Of a stretch of 46,669 nucleotides of DNA, positions 9,037-18,283 are shown in pieces. The DNA is from an uncultured Rhodovibrio sp. (GTDB taxonomy: Bacteria > Pseudomonadota > Alphaproteobacteria > Kiloniellales > Rhodovibrionaceae). The position numbers and the translations under genes are program-made. Positions within the stretch are counted from its first letter, which is position 1. Every line of letters starts with the position of its first letter. The stretch spans positions 1 to 46,669 of the forward strand of contig CAYRCO010000002.1 in the NCBI GenBank assembly GCA_964422775.1, read 5' to 3'. Under the pieces are notes generated by a model. That model worked only from the letters and a program-made list of their open reading frames with translations. It had not been told where the DNA came from and did no database searches.

Positions 9037-9795
9037 CTAATACCAGATCTCCATGCGCAGGCCGCGGGCGTCGCGCTCGGGCGTTTCCTCCGGCACGCGC
9101 TGGGCGCGGCCGCGCAGCAGGTCCCGGGCGACCAGCGCGCAGACGGCGGCGTCCAGGACGTCGTCCGGCTTCGCCTGGGCGCGCGGGTGCGCGGCCAGCA
9201 GTTGGTCGATGCCGGTGAGGCCGGCCGCCGCCACGAGGTCCCGTCGGGCGGTCCGTCCGGCCGGGTCCGCCTTGCGCGGCAGCGCGGCGCCGGCGTTTAG
9301 GCGATGGAACGCCAGTTCGGGGTGGGTCTCCAGCACCCGGTCCTGATCGGCCGGGCCCAGGGCGGCGTCCAGCTCGGCGATCTTGGGCATGATGTTGTAC
9401 GCCTGGATCGACAGGCCGGCGTCGCCGCGGTCCCGGGCGGCCGTGCGCACTCCGTCGTACGACAGGCCCAGCATGTAGCGGCGCGGCGGGGCGAACACGC
9501 TCGACTTGCGCGGCCCCGGCAGCACCACCCGCGCCGCCCGGTCGCACGGCCGCGCGCCCGCATCGACCAGGCCGATCGGCATGTCGACGCAGATCCGGGC
9601 GGCGTTCGTCAGTCCCTGGGTGAGCGTCGACCAATCCGGATAAATCGCGCTCGCCGCGGTCCGGCCGTCGACCGCGAGCCGGACCGCGATCCAGCCGGCC
9701 CGGCAACCGTCGACCCCGGCCACGACCCCCGGGCCGGGCCGACCGCCGCCCAGATTCGTTAACGGCGCGGGATTTTTCTTCGTGCTGTTAACCAT
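9037..9795 (-). CDS. DUF429 family protein (predicted RNase H-fold nuclease)
   Basis: GVDGCRAGW, VDMPIGL, ETHPEL, DDVLDA, GLRMEIWY; true start probably nearer 9723-9753. Confidence 0.85.
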   Translation of the reverse strand: MVNSTKKNPAPLTNLGGGRPGPGVVAGVDGCRAGWIAVRLAVDGRTAASAIYPDWSTLTQGLTNAARICVDMPIGLVDAGARPCDRAARVVLPGPRKSSVFAPPRRYMLGLSYDGVRTAARDRGDAGLSIQAYNIMPKIAELDAALGPADQDRVLETHPELAFHRLNAGAALPRKADPAGRTARRDLVAAAGLTGIDQLLAAHPRAQAKPDDVLDAAVCALVARDLLRGRAQRVPEETPERDARGLRMEIWY

Positions 9796-9802
9796 TGGTT
9801 AG
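9787..9802. promoter_or_regulatory. CtrA-binding box
   Basis: GTTAACCATTGGTTAG; minus strand reads CTAA-N7-TTAAC (consensus TTAA-N7-TTAAC, one mismatch); extra GTTAAC at 9758. Confidence 0.65.
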
Positions 9803-9821
9803 GCGGGCGTAGTTTACAACC

Positions 9822-9972
9822 GAAAGTGCGCGCGGGGTTTCTCCCTCCCCTCAACCCCGAAGCCGCCGGTCCATCGGCATCCCCTCCCCGCTGCGGACCG
9901 GTGGCGCGCGCCTCTTGAGTGAAGCCTCCCTGTCCTTGCCGCCGGTGCGCCTCCACGCACCGGCGGACTTTT
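9822..9972 (+). ncRNA. Putative sRNA-1 with anti-SD C/U-rich loops (cuckoo/alpha-r14- or AbcR-like)
   Basis: Hairpins 9833-9859 (loop UCUCCCUCCCCUC) and 9862-9905 (loop AUCCCCUCCCC); linker CCUCCCUGUCCUU; terminator CCGCCGGTGCG-CCTCCA-CGCACCGGCGG-ACTTTT; no credible ORF. Confidence 0.7.
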
Positions 9973-10059
9973 CGTCTGCCCGGGACGACCGCGACGCGCC
10001 GCAGCGGTTTGCGTGACCGACCGGTGAGCGCTACGTCGTTTGATCCGAACAGCTGCGAC

Positions 10060-10088
10060 TTGACTGCATAGCTGGTGCCCCGTACCGT
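10060..10088 (+). promoter_or_regulatory. Putative sigma70 promoter of sRNA-2
   Basis: TTGACT-N17-TACCGT. Confidence 0.5.
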
Positions 10089-10094
10089 CGCGGC

Positions 10095-10180
10095 TGACAG
10101 GGCAAGTTGACAGGGTAGGCTCACGTCAACGCAAAAACAAAAGGACCGCGGCCGCGACCCGGCCGACGGTCCTTTTTTTT
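10095..10180 (+). ncRNA. Putative sRNA-2 (about 85 nt) complementary to sRNA-1
   Basis: Lies between a promoter-like motif and a T8 terminator; two GACAGGG copies; GTTGAC/GTCAAC hairpin; 10101-10124 can form 21 bp with 9919-9940. Confidence 0.55.
10133..10180. terminator. Bidirectional intrinsic terminator
   Basis: AAAAACAAAAGGACCGCGGCC-GCGACCC-GGCCGACGGTCCTTTTTTTT. Confidence 0.85.
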
Positions 10181-10251
10181 GCTCATGATTGCGTCGCCCG
10201 GAGGCCGCCGCCCGCAGGCCGACGCCCACACCCCCGCTCGCTATCCGCGGG

Positions 10252-11631
10252 TCAGTTGGTCGGGCCGGCGAAGTTGGACGGGGCCGGGTCGGCCACCTGA
10301 TGCCCCTCGGACGTCACCCGCATCACGGCGTAGCCGCGCTGGACCAGCCCATCGGGGGTCAGGCGGAACAGGCCGTTGACCCCGGCAAAGCCGTTGCGCT
10401 GGGTCAGGGCCTCGTCGGTGAACACCTGGAACGGCGGCGTGCCGTCCCGCGCCGCCCGCTTGGTCATCAGTCCGGCCAGCGCCGTCGCGTCGTAGGCCAG
10501 CCCGGCGATGTCCGGCGGCGTGCTGGCGTGGATGTCGCGGTAGCGCTGCTGGAAGCGCGACAGGCTCTCCGGCGGCGGGGCCGGGTACAAGGCGCCCTGC
10601 AGGGTCGGATCGCTGGACAAGTCCATGTCCGCCCATTGCGCGGTCCCCAGGAACTGCACCTCGTCCGGATCGATGTCGTAATACGGCAGCGTGGGCGCCA
10701 GTTGCCGCAGCTTATTGCCGCCGATCGGCAGCAACACCGCGTCGAACGGCGCCTTGCCCAGCGCGTCCAGGTTGCGCAGCCGCCGCAGTTCCTGCTGCGC
10801 TTGCGACCCCCCCTGGTTCTGCAGCTCGGCGATCCGGCGCTTGAGCTCCTGTTGCCGGCGGTTGTAGGCGGCGAGCGCCTTCACCGGCTCGGAGATGTCG
10901 CGGGCATCGGGATCGAACAGACGGCTGTCGGCCAGCTCGACGTCGTGCTTGTCGGCGGCCTCTTGCATCGCCTGCACGATCAACTCGCCATAGCCGTTGT
11001 TCGGCGCCAGCACGGCGAAGCTCTGGTTGCCCTGCGCCGCGGCGTAGCCGACGACCCGGTCGACTTGTTCGCCCGGCAGCAGGCCGGTGATCCAGACGCC
11101 CGGGCGGGCCACCTGACGGTTGTTGGAAAATGCGACGACCGGGACCCGGCCGCCTTCGGCCACCGGCGCGACCGCGTCGACCGAGGTCGAGAAGACCGGC
11201 CCCAGCAGCAGGTTGGCGCCCGCGGCGATCGCGTCCTGCGCGGCCCGGCGCGCGCCCTCGGGCGTGCCCTTGGTGTCGCGCACCACCAACGCGAACCGCT
11301 CGTCGGCGACGTCGAACAGAGCCATCTCGGCGGCGCGCAGCATCGCTTGCCCAAGGTCCGCGCGCGACCCGGACAGCGGCAGCAGCAGCCCGACGCGGTA
11401 CCGGGGCAGGCCCTCCGCCTCGGGCGGGCTCAGCTGGAGTTCCTCCGGCGCGGCGAGCGCGTCCGCCAGGATCTCCTCGGCGCTGACCTGCGGCTCGGCC
11501 GGTTGTTCGGCCGCGGCGTCCGTGTCTTGCGGCGCCTCGCCCGGCGGTGCACCCTCTTGCACCTGCTGGGCGCAAGCGCCCAGCAGCAGCAGCGCGGCCA
11601 CGCCCGCTGCGCTCAGGACGCCACGCAGCAT
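10252..11631 (-). CDS. LppC/LpoA-family penicillin-binding protein activator lipoprotein
   Basis: Lipobox LLGAC; VGLLLPLSG, AAEMALFD, LLGPVFS, LAYDA, FAGVNGLFRL; divergent from rsmI as in the yraL/yraM arrangement. Confidence 0.85.
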   Translation of the reverse strand: MLRGVLSAAGVAALLLLGACAQQVQEGAPPGEAPQDTDAAAEQPAEPQVSAEEILADALAAPEELQLSPPEAEGLPRYRVGLLLPLSGSRADLGQAMLRAAEMALFDVADERFALVVRDTKGTPEGARRAAQDAIAAGANLLLGPVFSTSVDAVAPVAEGGRVPVVAFSNNRQVARPGVWITGLLPGEQVDRVVGYAAAQGNQSFAVLAPNNGYGELIVQAMQEAADKHDVELADSRLFDPDARDISEPVKALAAYNRRQQELKRRIAELQNQGGSQAQQELRRLRNLDALGKAPFDAVLLPIGGNKLRQLAPTLPYYDIDPDEVQFLGTAQWADMDLSSDPTLQGALYPAPPPESLSRFQQRYRDIHASTPPDIAGLAYDATALAGLMTKRAARDGTPPFQVFTDEALTQRNGFAGVNGLFRLTPDGLVQRGYAVMRVTSEGHQVADPAPSNFAGPTN

Positions 11632-11654
11632 CCAAAAGGGCCCGTCGTCACGGC

Positions 11655-12698
11655 ATGTCGCGTCAAGCACGGTTGGCTGCTCCACAGGGTCGTTCGGACG
11701 CGTCGGCGCCGCCGCACCCAGCGGGCCCGGCAGCGTCCGGCGAGCGTATCCGGGGGGCCGAAGGCTCGCAACCGGACAGCACCGCGCCGGCCGCGACCGC
11801 GCCGCGCCCCGTTCCCGGCCGTGCAGGTCGGCAGGGCGACGGCGGCCGGCTGCCGGGCGGGCTGTACGTGGTCGCCACGCCGATCGGCAACCTGGGCGAC
11901 CTGACGCATCGCGCGGCCGATCATCTGGGCCGCGTCGACGCCGTATTGTGCGAGGACACGCGGGTGACCCGCCGGCTGATGGACGCCTACGGCCTGCGCC
12001 CGCCGCTGGTATCCTATCACGAGCACAACGCCGAGCAGCGCCGGCCGGAGGTGCTGCGCCGGCTCGCCGAAGGACAGGCGCTGGCGCTGGTATCGGACGC
12101 GGGCACGCCGCTGGTGTCCGATCCGGGCTACAAGCTGGTGCGCGACGTCCAGGACGCCGGCTTCCCCGTCCGCGCGCTGCCGGGCGCGAGCGCGGCGCTG
12201 GCGGCGCTGGCGATCGCCGGCCTGCCGACCGACCGCTTCTTCTTCCAGGGCTTCCTGCCCTCGAAGCAGGGCCAGCGCCGGTCGGTGCTGGCCGAGCTGA
12301 GCGGCCTCAAGGCCAGCCTGGTGTTCTACGAATCGCCGCAGCGCCTGAGCCGCAGCCTGGCCGACATGGCCGACGTGCTGGGCGCGCGCGACGCGGCCGT
12401 CGGCCGGGAGCTGACCAAGCGGTTCGAGGACCTGGTGCGCGCGCCGCTGCCCGAATTGGCGGCGCGCTTCCGCCAGGCGCCGAAGGGCGAGATCGTCGTG
12501 GTCGTCGGCCCGCCGCCAGAGGATGCGGGCCTCGCCGACGCCGCCGAGGTCGATGCCCGGCTCGCCGAAGCCCTGCGGACGCTGAGCGTGCGCGACGCCG
12601 CCGCCGAGGTGGCGGCCGAAACCGGCTGGAAGAAGAAGCAGGTCTACGACCGCGCCCTGCAGCTAAAGCGGGACGGCGCGCCCGGAGGCGATCGGTGA
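11655..12698 (+). CDS. rsmI: 16S rRNA (cytidine1402-2'-O)-methyltransferase
   Basis: LYVVATPIGNLGD, CEDTRVT, VSDAGTPLVSDPG, FYESP, RELTKRFE; start uncertain. Confidence 0.95.
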   Translation: MSRQARLAAPQGRSDASAPPHPAGPAASGERIRGAEGSQPDSTAPAATAPRPVPGRAGRQGDGGRLPGGLYVVATPIGNLGDLTHRAADHLGRVDAVLCEDTRVTRRLMDAYGLRPPLVSYHEHNAEQRRPEVLRRLAEGQALALVSDAGTPLVSDPGYKLVRDVQDAGFPVRALPGASAALAALAIAGLPTDRFFFQGFLPSKQGQRRSVLAELSGLKASLVFYESPQRLSRSLADMADVLGARDAAVGRELTKRFEDLVRAPLPELAARFRQAPKGEIVVVVGPPPEDAGLADAAEVDARLAEALRTLSVRDAAAEVAAETGWKKKQVYDRALQLKRDGAPGGDR

Positions 12699-13093
12699 AC
12701 CGACCGGCCGAGTCGCGCCGGGCGGCCGAACGGCGCGGCCGCGGCGCGGAAGCGGCGGCGGCCTGGCTGCTGCGGCTGAAGGGCTACCGGATCCTGGCGC
12801 GCGACCTGCGCACGCCGGTCGGCGAAGTCGACCTGATCGCGCGACGCGGGCGGGTACTGGCGCTGATCGAGGTAAAGACCCGCGCAACTCGGGATCAGGC
12901 CGCCGCCGCGATCAGCCCGCGCCAGCGCCAGCGGATCGCGCGCGCCGGGGAGGCGTTCCTGGCGCGACGGCCCGATCTGGCCGGACTGGACGTGCGGTTC
13001 GACGCGCTGCTGCTGGCGCCGGGGCGCTGGCCGTATCATCTCGTCGACGCCTGGCGGCACGAAGAAGGCGGCGGCGATCGCTTGCGGGTGTGA
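12695..13093 (+). CDS. yraN: YraN family (UPF0102) predicted endonuclease
   Basis: GRGAE, GYRILAR, GEVDLIA, IEVK, VRFD; GTGA overlap with the rsmI stop. Confidence 0.92.
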   Translation: MNRPAESRRAAERRGRGAEAAAAWLLRLKGYRILARDLRTPVGEVDLIARRGRVLALIEVKTRATRDQAAAAISPRQRQRIARAGEAFLARRPDLAGLDVRFDALLLAPGRWPYHLVDAWRHEEGGGDRLRV

Positions 13094-13220
13094 CCCGGCG
13101 GTGACGGCCGCCGTCGCGCGCGACCGCCGGCCTTCACAGCTTCGCCGCTTGGCGCGACGCGACCGGCACGGGTAAACCGTATCCGTGACAGTCCTCGAAT
13201 CCCGCGGAGACCCGACCGCC

Positions 13221-13997
13221 ATGACCCGTGCCATCGCCCGCGCTCGTCCGCGCTCGCGCCTGAAGTTCGCCGCCGTGCTGTGCCTCGCCGCCCCGCTGGG
13301 GCTGGCCGCCTGTTCGCCCGCCGGCATGGCCGTCGGCGCCGGGGCGACGGTCGGCGTTGCCAGCTTCCAGGAACGCGGCCTGGGCGGCGCGATCGAGGAC
13401 AGCCGCATCCGTATCCAGATCAACGATCTATGGCTGAAGGAGGACGAGATCCTCTACCGCAAGGCCGGGCTTCAGGTGCAGAACGGCCGTGTCCTGGTCA
13501 CCGGCGTGATGCCGTCCGAAGACATGCGCGCCAAGTCGATCGAGCTCGCCTGGCAGGCCGACGGCGTCAAAGAGGTGATCAACGAGGTGCAGATCGGCGA
13601 CGGCTCGTTCGGCGACTACTCAAAGGACACCTGGATCTCCACCCAGCTCAAGGCCGACCTGTTGCTGGACGCTGAGGTCAGCTCGATCAACTACTCGATC
13701 CAGACGGTCCGCGGCGTCGTCTATCTGATCGGCATCGCGCAGAGCGACCAGGAGCTCGAGCGGGTGCTGAACCACGCCCGCGGGCTCGCCAACGTGCGCA
13801 AGGTGGTGAGCTACGTGCAGGTCAAGACCGAGCCGCGCGAGCCCAGCCTGCAGGAGTCGGGTGCGGGTGCGACCGACGAAGGCGACGGCGAGTCACCCTC
13901 GACCGACGGCGACGCCGCTCCAAGCTCTTCCGGGTCGGACGGCGGCAACTCGCCGTCCGACCCGGACTCCGTGAGCGAAACCGAACTGGACGCATGA
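13221..13997 (+). CDS. Dual BON-domain lipoprotein (YraP/DolP-like) with acidic C-terminal tail
   Basis: Lipobox LAAC; two BON repeats (GRVLVTG...GVKEVINEV; DTWIST...GVVYLIG). Confidence 0.88.
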   Translation: MTRAIARARPRSRLKFAAVLCLAAPLGLAACSPAGMAVGAGATVGVASFQERGLGGAIEDSRIRIQINDLWLKEDEILYRKAGLQVQNGRVLVTGVMPSEDMRAKSIELAWQADGVKEVINEVQIGDGSFGDYSKDTWISTQLKADLLLDAEVSSINYSIQTVRGVVYLIGIAQSDQELERVLNHARGLANVRKVVSYVQVKTEPREPSLQESGAGATDEGDGESPSTDGDAAPSSSGSDGGNSPSDPDSVSETELDA

Positions 13998-14027
13998 GCG
14001 ATGCCAACGCATGAGTGATCCCAAGGC

Positions 14028-14864
14028 ATGAGCGATTTGGCGGAAGCGCAAGGCATCCTGCGCCGGGCCGGCGGCCGGCCGGACCGGGACGTCGAGCTGG
14101 CGGAGACCGCGCTCGCGCTGGGCGCGCTCGACGTACCGGACGCCCGCCTGAACCGCTACCGCCATCATCTGAGCCTGCTGACCCGCGACGTCGCGGAGGC
14201 GTCGGACGCGGCCGGCACCGACGATCTGGCGGCGCGCGCCCGGGCGCTCGCCGAGGTGCTGGTCGAGCGCTACGGCTACCAGGGCGACCGCGAGACCTAT
14301 AACGACCTGCAAAACGCCAACCTGCTGCGGGTGATCGACCGCCGCAAGGGTCTGCCCGTCGCGCTCGCGATCCTGTTCATCCATGCCGGCCGGGCGCAGG
14401 GCTGGCAGATCGACGGGCTGAACTTCCCGGGCCATTTCCTGATCTCGATGAGCCTGGGCCAGGAGCGCGCGGTGCTGGACCCGTTCGACGGCCTGCGCCC
14501 GATGGGCGCGCACGATCTGCGCCAGCTGTTGAAGGCGATCGAGGGCGCGGACGCGGAACTCTCGGCGGAACATTACGCGCCGCTCGGCAACCGGGCGATG
14601 CTGCTGCGCCTGCAGAACAACCGCAAGGTCCGGCTGCTGCACGACGAGCACCGCGAGCTCGCCGTTCAGACGCTGGAGGCGATGCTGATGATCGCGCCCG
14701 CCGAGCCCAGCCTGTGGCACGAGGCGGGCCTGCTGCACGCGCACCTGGGCAACCTGCGCGCCGCCGTGCTGGCGCTGGAACAGGTGATGCAGCTCTCCAG
14801 CGACCCGTACAGCCAGCGCGACGTCGCCCATCTGCTCAAGCAGCTGCGCGGGCGGATCAATTGA
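14028..14864 (+). CDS. SirB1/YchA-family protein (transglutaminase-like core + TPR)
   Basis: GYQGDRETYNDLQNANL, DRRKGLPVAL, GLNFPGHFL, LDPFDG, C-terminal TPR-like helices. Confidence 0.9.
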   Translation: MSDLAEAQGILRRAGGRPDRDVELAETALALGALDVPDARLNRYRHHLSLLTRDVAEASDAAGTDDLAARARALAEVLVERYGYQGDRETYNDLQNANLLRVIDRRKGLPVALAILFIHAGRAQGWQIDGLNFPGHFLISMSLGQERAVLDPFDGLRPMGAHDLRQLLKAIEGADAELSAEHYAPLGNRAMLLRLQNNRKVRLLHDEHRELAVQTLEAMLMIAPAEPSLWHEAGLLHAHLGNLRAAVLALEQVMQLSSDPYSQRDVAHLLKQLRGRIN

Positions 14865-14869
14865 GGCGT

Positions 14870-14980
14870 TTATCCCTCTCCTCCACTGGGGGGAGAGGGC
14901 CGGGGAGAGGAGGTTGCCCGCAGCGTGCGTGCCCGTGGTCCCTCCTCCCCTTGCCCCTCCTCCCAGCGGAGGAGGGGAAT
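14870..14980 (+). repeat. CCCTCTCC/GGAGAGGG-family palindromic repeat
   Basis: Nearly the reverse complement of 32873-32985; two terminal hairpins around a spacer. Confidence 0.85.
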
Positions 14981-15070
14981 AATGACCGCACCCCGTTGCC
15001 ATCCGATCCGCCCGGGCATTAGGTAGATGCGAGCACTTCGACCTCCGAGAAGCCAGCAGGACCGCCCGCC

Positions 15071-16138
15071 ATGGCCGAACATCCCAGACAGGCCCAGCAA
15101 ACCACCGGCGTCACCCCGGCGCAGCGCGAAAGCGCGACCACCCAGGAGCCGCTGTCGCCGCGGATGGACCGGCCCTCGGCGCTCGCCGTCGCCTTCCAGA
15201 TGGACGATCTGACCGGCATCGACATCGACGCCGACAGCTCGTTCGCGCTGGCCCTGGAAGCCCAGCGCCGCGGCCACGGCCTGTACCACTACACCCCCGA
15301 CGCCCTGAGCCTGCGCGACGGCCGGGTCTACGCCCGCGGCCGGCCGATGACCCTGAAGCGGGACTACAGCCAGCATTTCGAACTGGGCGACTGGGAGACG
15401 CTCGACCTGGCGGCGCTGGACGTCGTGATGATGCGCCAGGACCCGCCGTTCGACATGGCCTACATCACCGCCACCCACCTGCTGGAGAAGCTGCACCCGG
15501 GCACCCTGGTGGTGAACGACCCCGCCCACGTGCGCAACGCGCCCGAGAAGCTCTACGTCACCCACTTCGCCGAGTTCATGCCGCCGACCCTGATCTCCAG
15601 CGACCGCGACGAGATCCGCCGCTTCCGGCGGGAGCACAAGGACATCATCCTGAAGCCCCTGTTCGGCAACGGCGGCGCCGACGTCTTCCGGATCACCGAG
15701 ACGGACGAGAACCTGAACGCGCTTTTGGAGATGTTCACCCGGCTGTACCGCGAGCCGATCATGGTCCAGGCCTACCTGCCGGAGATCCGCCAGGGCGACA
15801 AGCGGATCATCCTGATCGACGGCGAGCCGGTGGGCGCGGTCAACCGAATCCCGCCACAGGGGGAGTCGCGCGCCAACCTGCACGTCGGCGGCCGCGCCGA
15901 GCGCGCCGAGCTCTCCGAGCGCGACCGCCAGGTCTGCCGCGCGATCGGCCCGGCGCTGCGCGCGCGCGGGCAGGTCTTCGTCGGGATCGACATGATCGGC
16001 GACTACCTGACCGAGATCAACGTGACCTCGCCCACCGGCATCCAGGAGATCGACCGGCTGGACGGGGTCAGCCTGGAGGCGCAGGTCTGGGACGCGATCG
16101 AAAGCCGGGTCGACGCCTCCGGCCACGTCCCGGAGTAG
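15071..16138 (+). CDS. gshB: Glutathione synthetase
   Basis: [49 protein letters not shown]; start may be 15164. Confidence 0.96.
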   Translation: MAEHPRQAQQTTGVTPAQRESATTQEPLSPRMDRPSALAVAFQMDDLTGIDIDADSSFALALEAQRRGHGLYHYTPDALSLRDGRVYARGRPMTLKRDYSQHFELGDWETLDLAALDVVMMRQDPPFDMAYITATHLLEKLHPGTLVVNDPAHVRNAPEKLYVTHFAEFMPPTLISSDRDEIRRFRREHKDIILKPLFGNGGADVFRITETDENLNALLEMFTRLYREPIMVQAYLPEIRQGDKRIILIDGEPVGAVNRIPPQGESRANLHVGGRAERAELSERDRQVCRAIGPALRARGQVFVGIDMIGDYLTEINVTSPTGIQEIDRLDGVSLEAQVWDAIESRVDASGHVPE

Positions 16139-16145
16139 CCCGCCC

Positions 16146-17177
16146 GTGCAGATCGTCTTTTCGCCGGACCACGTGCACCAGCACGGCCGCGGCGAACTGA
16201 CCGACGGCCGGCTGATGCCGGTGGTGGAGCAGCCCGCGCGCGCGGAAATGGTGCTCAAGCGCGCGCAGGAGGTCGGCCTGGGCGACGTCGTGCCGCCGCG
16301 CGACTTCGGGGCGCACGCGCTGGCGCGCATCCACCGGCCGGACTACCTGGCCTTCCTGGAAACCGCGTGGGGCGAGTGGGAGGCCGAGCGGGGCGGCGAG
16401 ACCGATTGCCTGCCGCTGATCTGGCCGGTGCGCAACCTGCGCCCGATCTGCCCCGCGCACATCGACGGCAAGGTGTCGTACTACGCGCTCGACGCCGGCA
16501 CGCCGATCACCCCCGGTACTTGGCGCGCGGCGACCGCCAGCGCGAACGTGGCCCTGACCGCGGCCGAGCTGGTCGCCGACGGCGCCGGCAGCGCGTTCGC
16601 GCTCGGCCGGCCGCCGGGCCACCACGCCACGGCCGACCAGCTGGGCGGCTACTGCTTTCTGAACAACGCCGCGCTCGCCGCGCAGCGGCTGCTGGACCGC
16701 GGCGCCGCGCGGGTGGCGGTGCTCGACGTCGACTACCACCACGGCAATGGCACCCAGGCGATCTTCGACGACCGCTCGGACGTCCTGTTCTGCTCCCTGC
16801 ACGCCGACCCCAGGCAGGAGTTCCCGTACTTCCTGGGCCATGCCGACGAAACCGGCGTCGGGGCCGGCGAGGGCTATACCGTGAACGCCCCGCTGCCCTG
16901 GGGTACGACGGCGGACGCCTGGATGGACGCGCTGGAACGGCTGTGCGCCCGGATCGCCGAGTATGGGCCCGACGCGCTCGTCGTCTCGCTCGGCGTCGAC
17001 ACCTACAAGGGCGACCCGATCTCCCGCTTCGCCCTGGACACCCCCGACTTCCCGCCGATCGGCGCGCGCCTCGCCCAGCTCGCCCTGCCCACCGTGTTCG
17101 TCATGGAAGGCGGCTACGCGGTCGACGAGATCGGCCGCAACGCGATCGGCGTGCTGCAGGGCTTCGAGGGGGGCTAG
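16146..17177 (+). CDS. Histone deacetylase family acetylpolyamine amidohydrolase
   Basis: RPPGHH, GGYCFLNNAA, LDVDYHHGNGTQ, SLGVD, MEGGY. Confidence 0.92.
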   Translation: MQIVFSPDHVHQHGRGELTDGRLMPVVEQPARAEMVLKRAQEVGLGDVVPPRDFGAHALARIHRPDYLAFLETAWGEWEAERGGETDCLPLIWPVRNLRPICPAHIDGKVSYYALDAGTPITPGTWRAATASANVALTAAELVADGAGSAFALGRPPGHHATADQLGGYCFLNNAALAAQRLLDRGAARVAVLDVDYHHGNGTQAIFDDRSDVLFCSLHADPRQEFPYFLGHADETGVGAGEGYTVNAPLPWGTTADAWMDALERLCARIAEYGPDALVVSLGVDTYKGDPISRFALDTPDFPPIGARLAQLALPTVFVMEGGYAVDEIGRNAIGVLQGFEGG

Positions 17178-17183
17178 GCGTTC

Positions 17184-17326
17184 GGCGGGTTGCTTCGCGA
17201 ACCCACCCTACGGGCGCCAGAAAACCCGGTTCCGTAGGGTGGATTCGCCGCGCAAGCGGCAATCCACCATCGCGGCGTGCGGGATGGGCACGTCGTTCGG
17301 CGGGTTGCTGCGCGAACCCACCCTAC
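17184..17326. repeat. Cluster of three GTAG-type REP elements (orientations -, +, -)
   Basis: GTAGGGTGGGTTCGCG..GCAACCCGCC on the minus strand at 17184-17211 and 17299-17326; GTAGGGTGGATT...AATCCACC on the plus strand at 17234-17268. Confidence 0.85.
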
Positions 17327-17364
17327 GAGCGCCGCCGAACTGAGCGGACGGGGAGCCCCGCCCG

Positions 17365-18279
17365 CTACCGCTTGCGGATCAGCGTGCCCACGCCGCGGTC
17401 GGTGAAGGTCTCCAGCAGCAGGGCGTGGGGCACCCGGCCGTCCAGGATGACCGAGGCGTCGACCCCCTCCTCGACCGCCTTCAGGCAGGTCTCGACCTTG
17501 GGGATCATGCCGCCGGCGATCGTGCCCTGATCGATCAGCTCGCGGGTCTGTTCGACGGTCAGGTCCGGGATCAGCTGCTGGTCGCCGTCGAGCACGCCGA
17601 TCACGTCGGTCAGCATCAGCAGGCGCGAGGCGCCGAGCGCGCCGGCGACCGCGCCGGCGGCGGTATCGGCGTTGATGTTGAAGGTCTCGCCGTTGGGCCC
17701 CCAGCCGATCGGCGCGATCACCGGAATCATGCCCGACTGCTCCAGCGAGGAGAGGATGTGCGGGTTGACCTGCGCCGGCTCGCCGACGAAGCCGAGGTCG
17801 ACCAGCTTCTCGATGTTGCTGTCGGGATCGCGCCTGGTCCGGCGCAGCTTGCGCGCCTGGATCAGCCCGCCGTCCTTGCCCGACAGGCCGATCGCGGTGC
17901 CGCCGACGGCGTTGATCGAGCTTACGATCTGCTTGTTGATGGTGCCGGAGAGCACCATCTCGACCACCTCGACCGTCTCCTGGTCGGTCACCCGCAGGCC
18001 GTCGACGAACTGCGACTGGACCTGCAGCTTCTCCAGCATGCGCCCGATCTGCGGCCCGCCGCCGTGGACGATCACGGGGTTGATGCCGACCTGCTTCATC
18101 AGCGCGATGTCGCGGGCGAACAGATCGGCCAGATGAGAGTCGCCCATCGCGTGGCCGCCGTACTTGATGACGATCGTGCGCCCCGCGTAACGGCGCATGT
18201 AGGGCAGCGCCTCGGTGATCGTCCGGGCGGTGCGCAGCCAGTGCTTGGTTTCGCCGAAATTGCGGGGCTGCTGGGTCAT
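17365..18279 (-). CDS. argB: Acetylglutamate kinase
   Basis: [37 protein letters not shown]. Confidence 0.97.
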   Translation of the reverse strand: MTQQPRNFGETKHWLRTARTITEALPYMRRYAGRTIVIKYGGHAMGDSHLADLFARDIALMKQVGINPVIVHGGGPQIGRMLEKLQVQSQFVDGLRVTDQETVEVVEMVLSGTINKQIVSSINAVGGTAIGLSGKDGGLIQARKLRRTRRDPDSNIEKLVDLGFVGEPAQVNPHILSSLEQSGMIPVIAPIGWGPNGETFNINADTAAGAVAGALGASRLLMLTDVIGVLDGDQQLIPDLTVEQTRELIDQGTIAGGMIPKVETCLKAVEEGVDASVILDGRVPHALLLETFTDRGVGTLIRKR

Positions 18280-18283
18280 CGCT

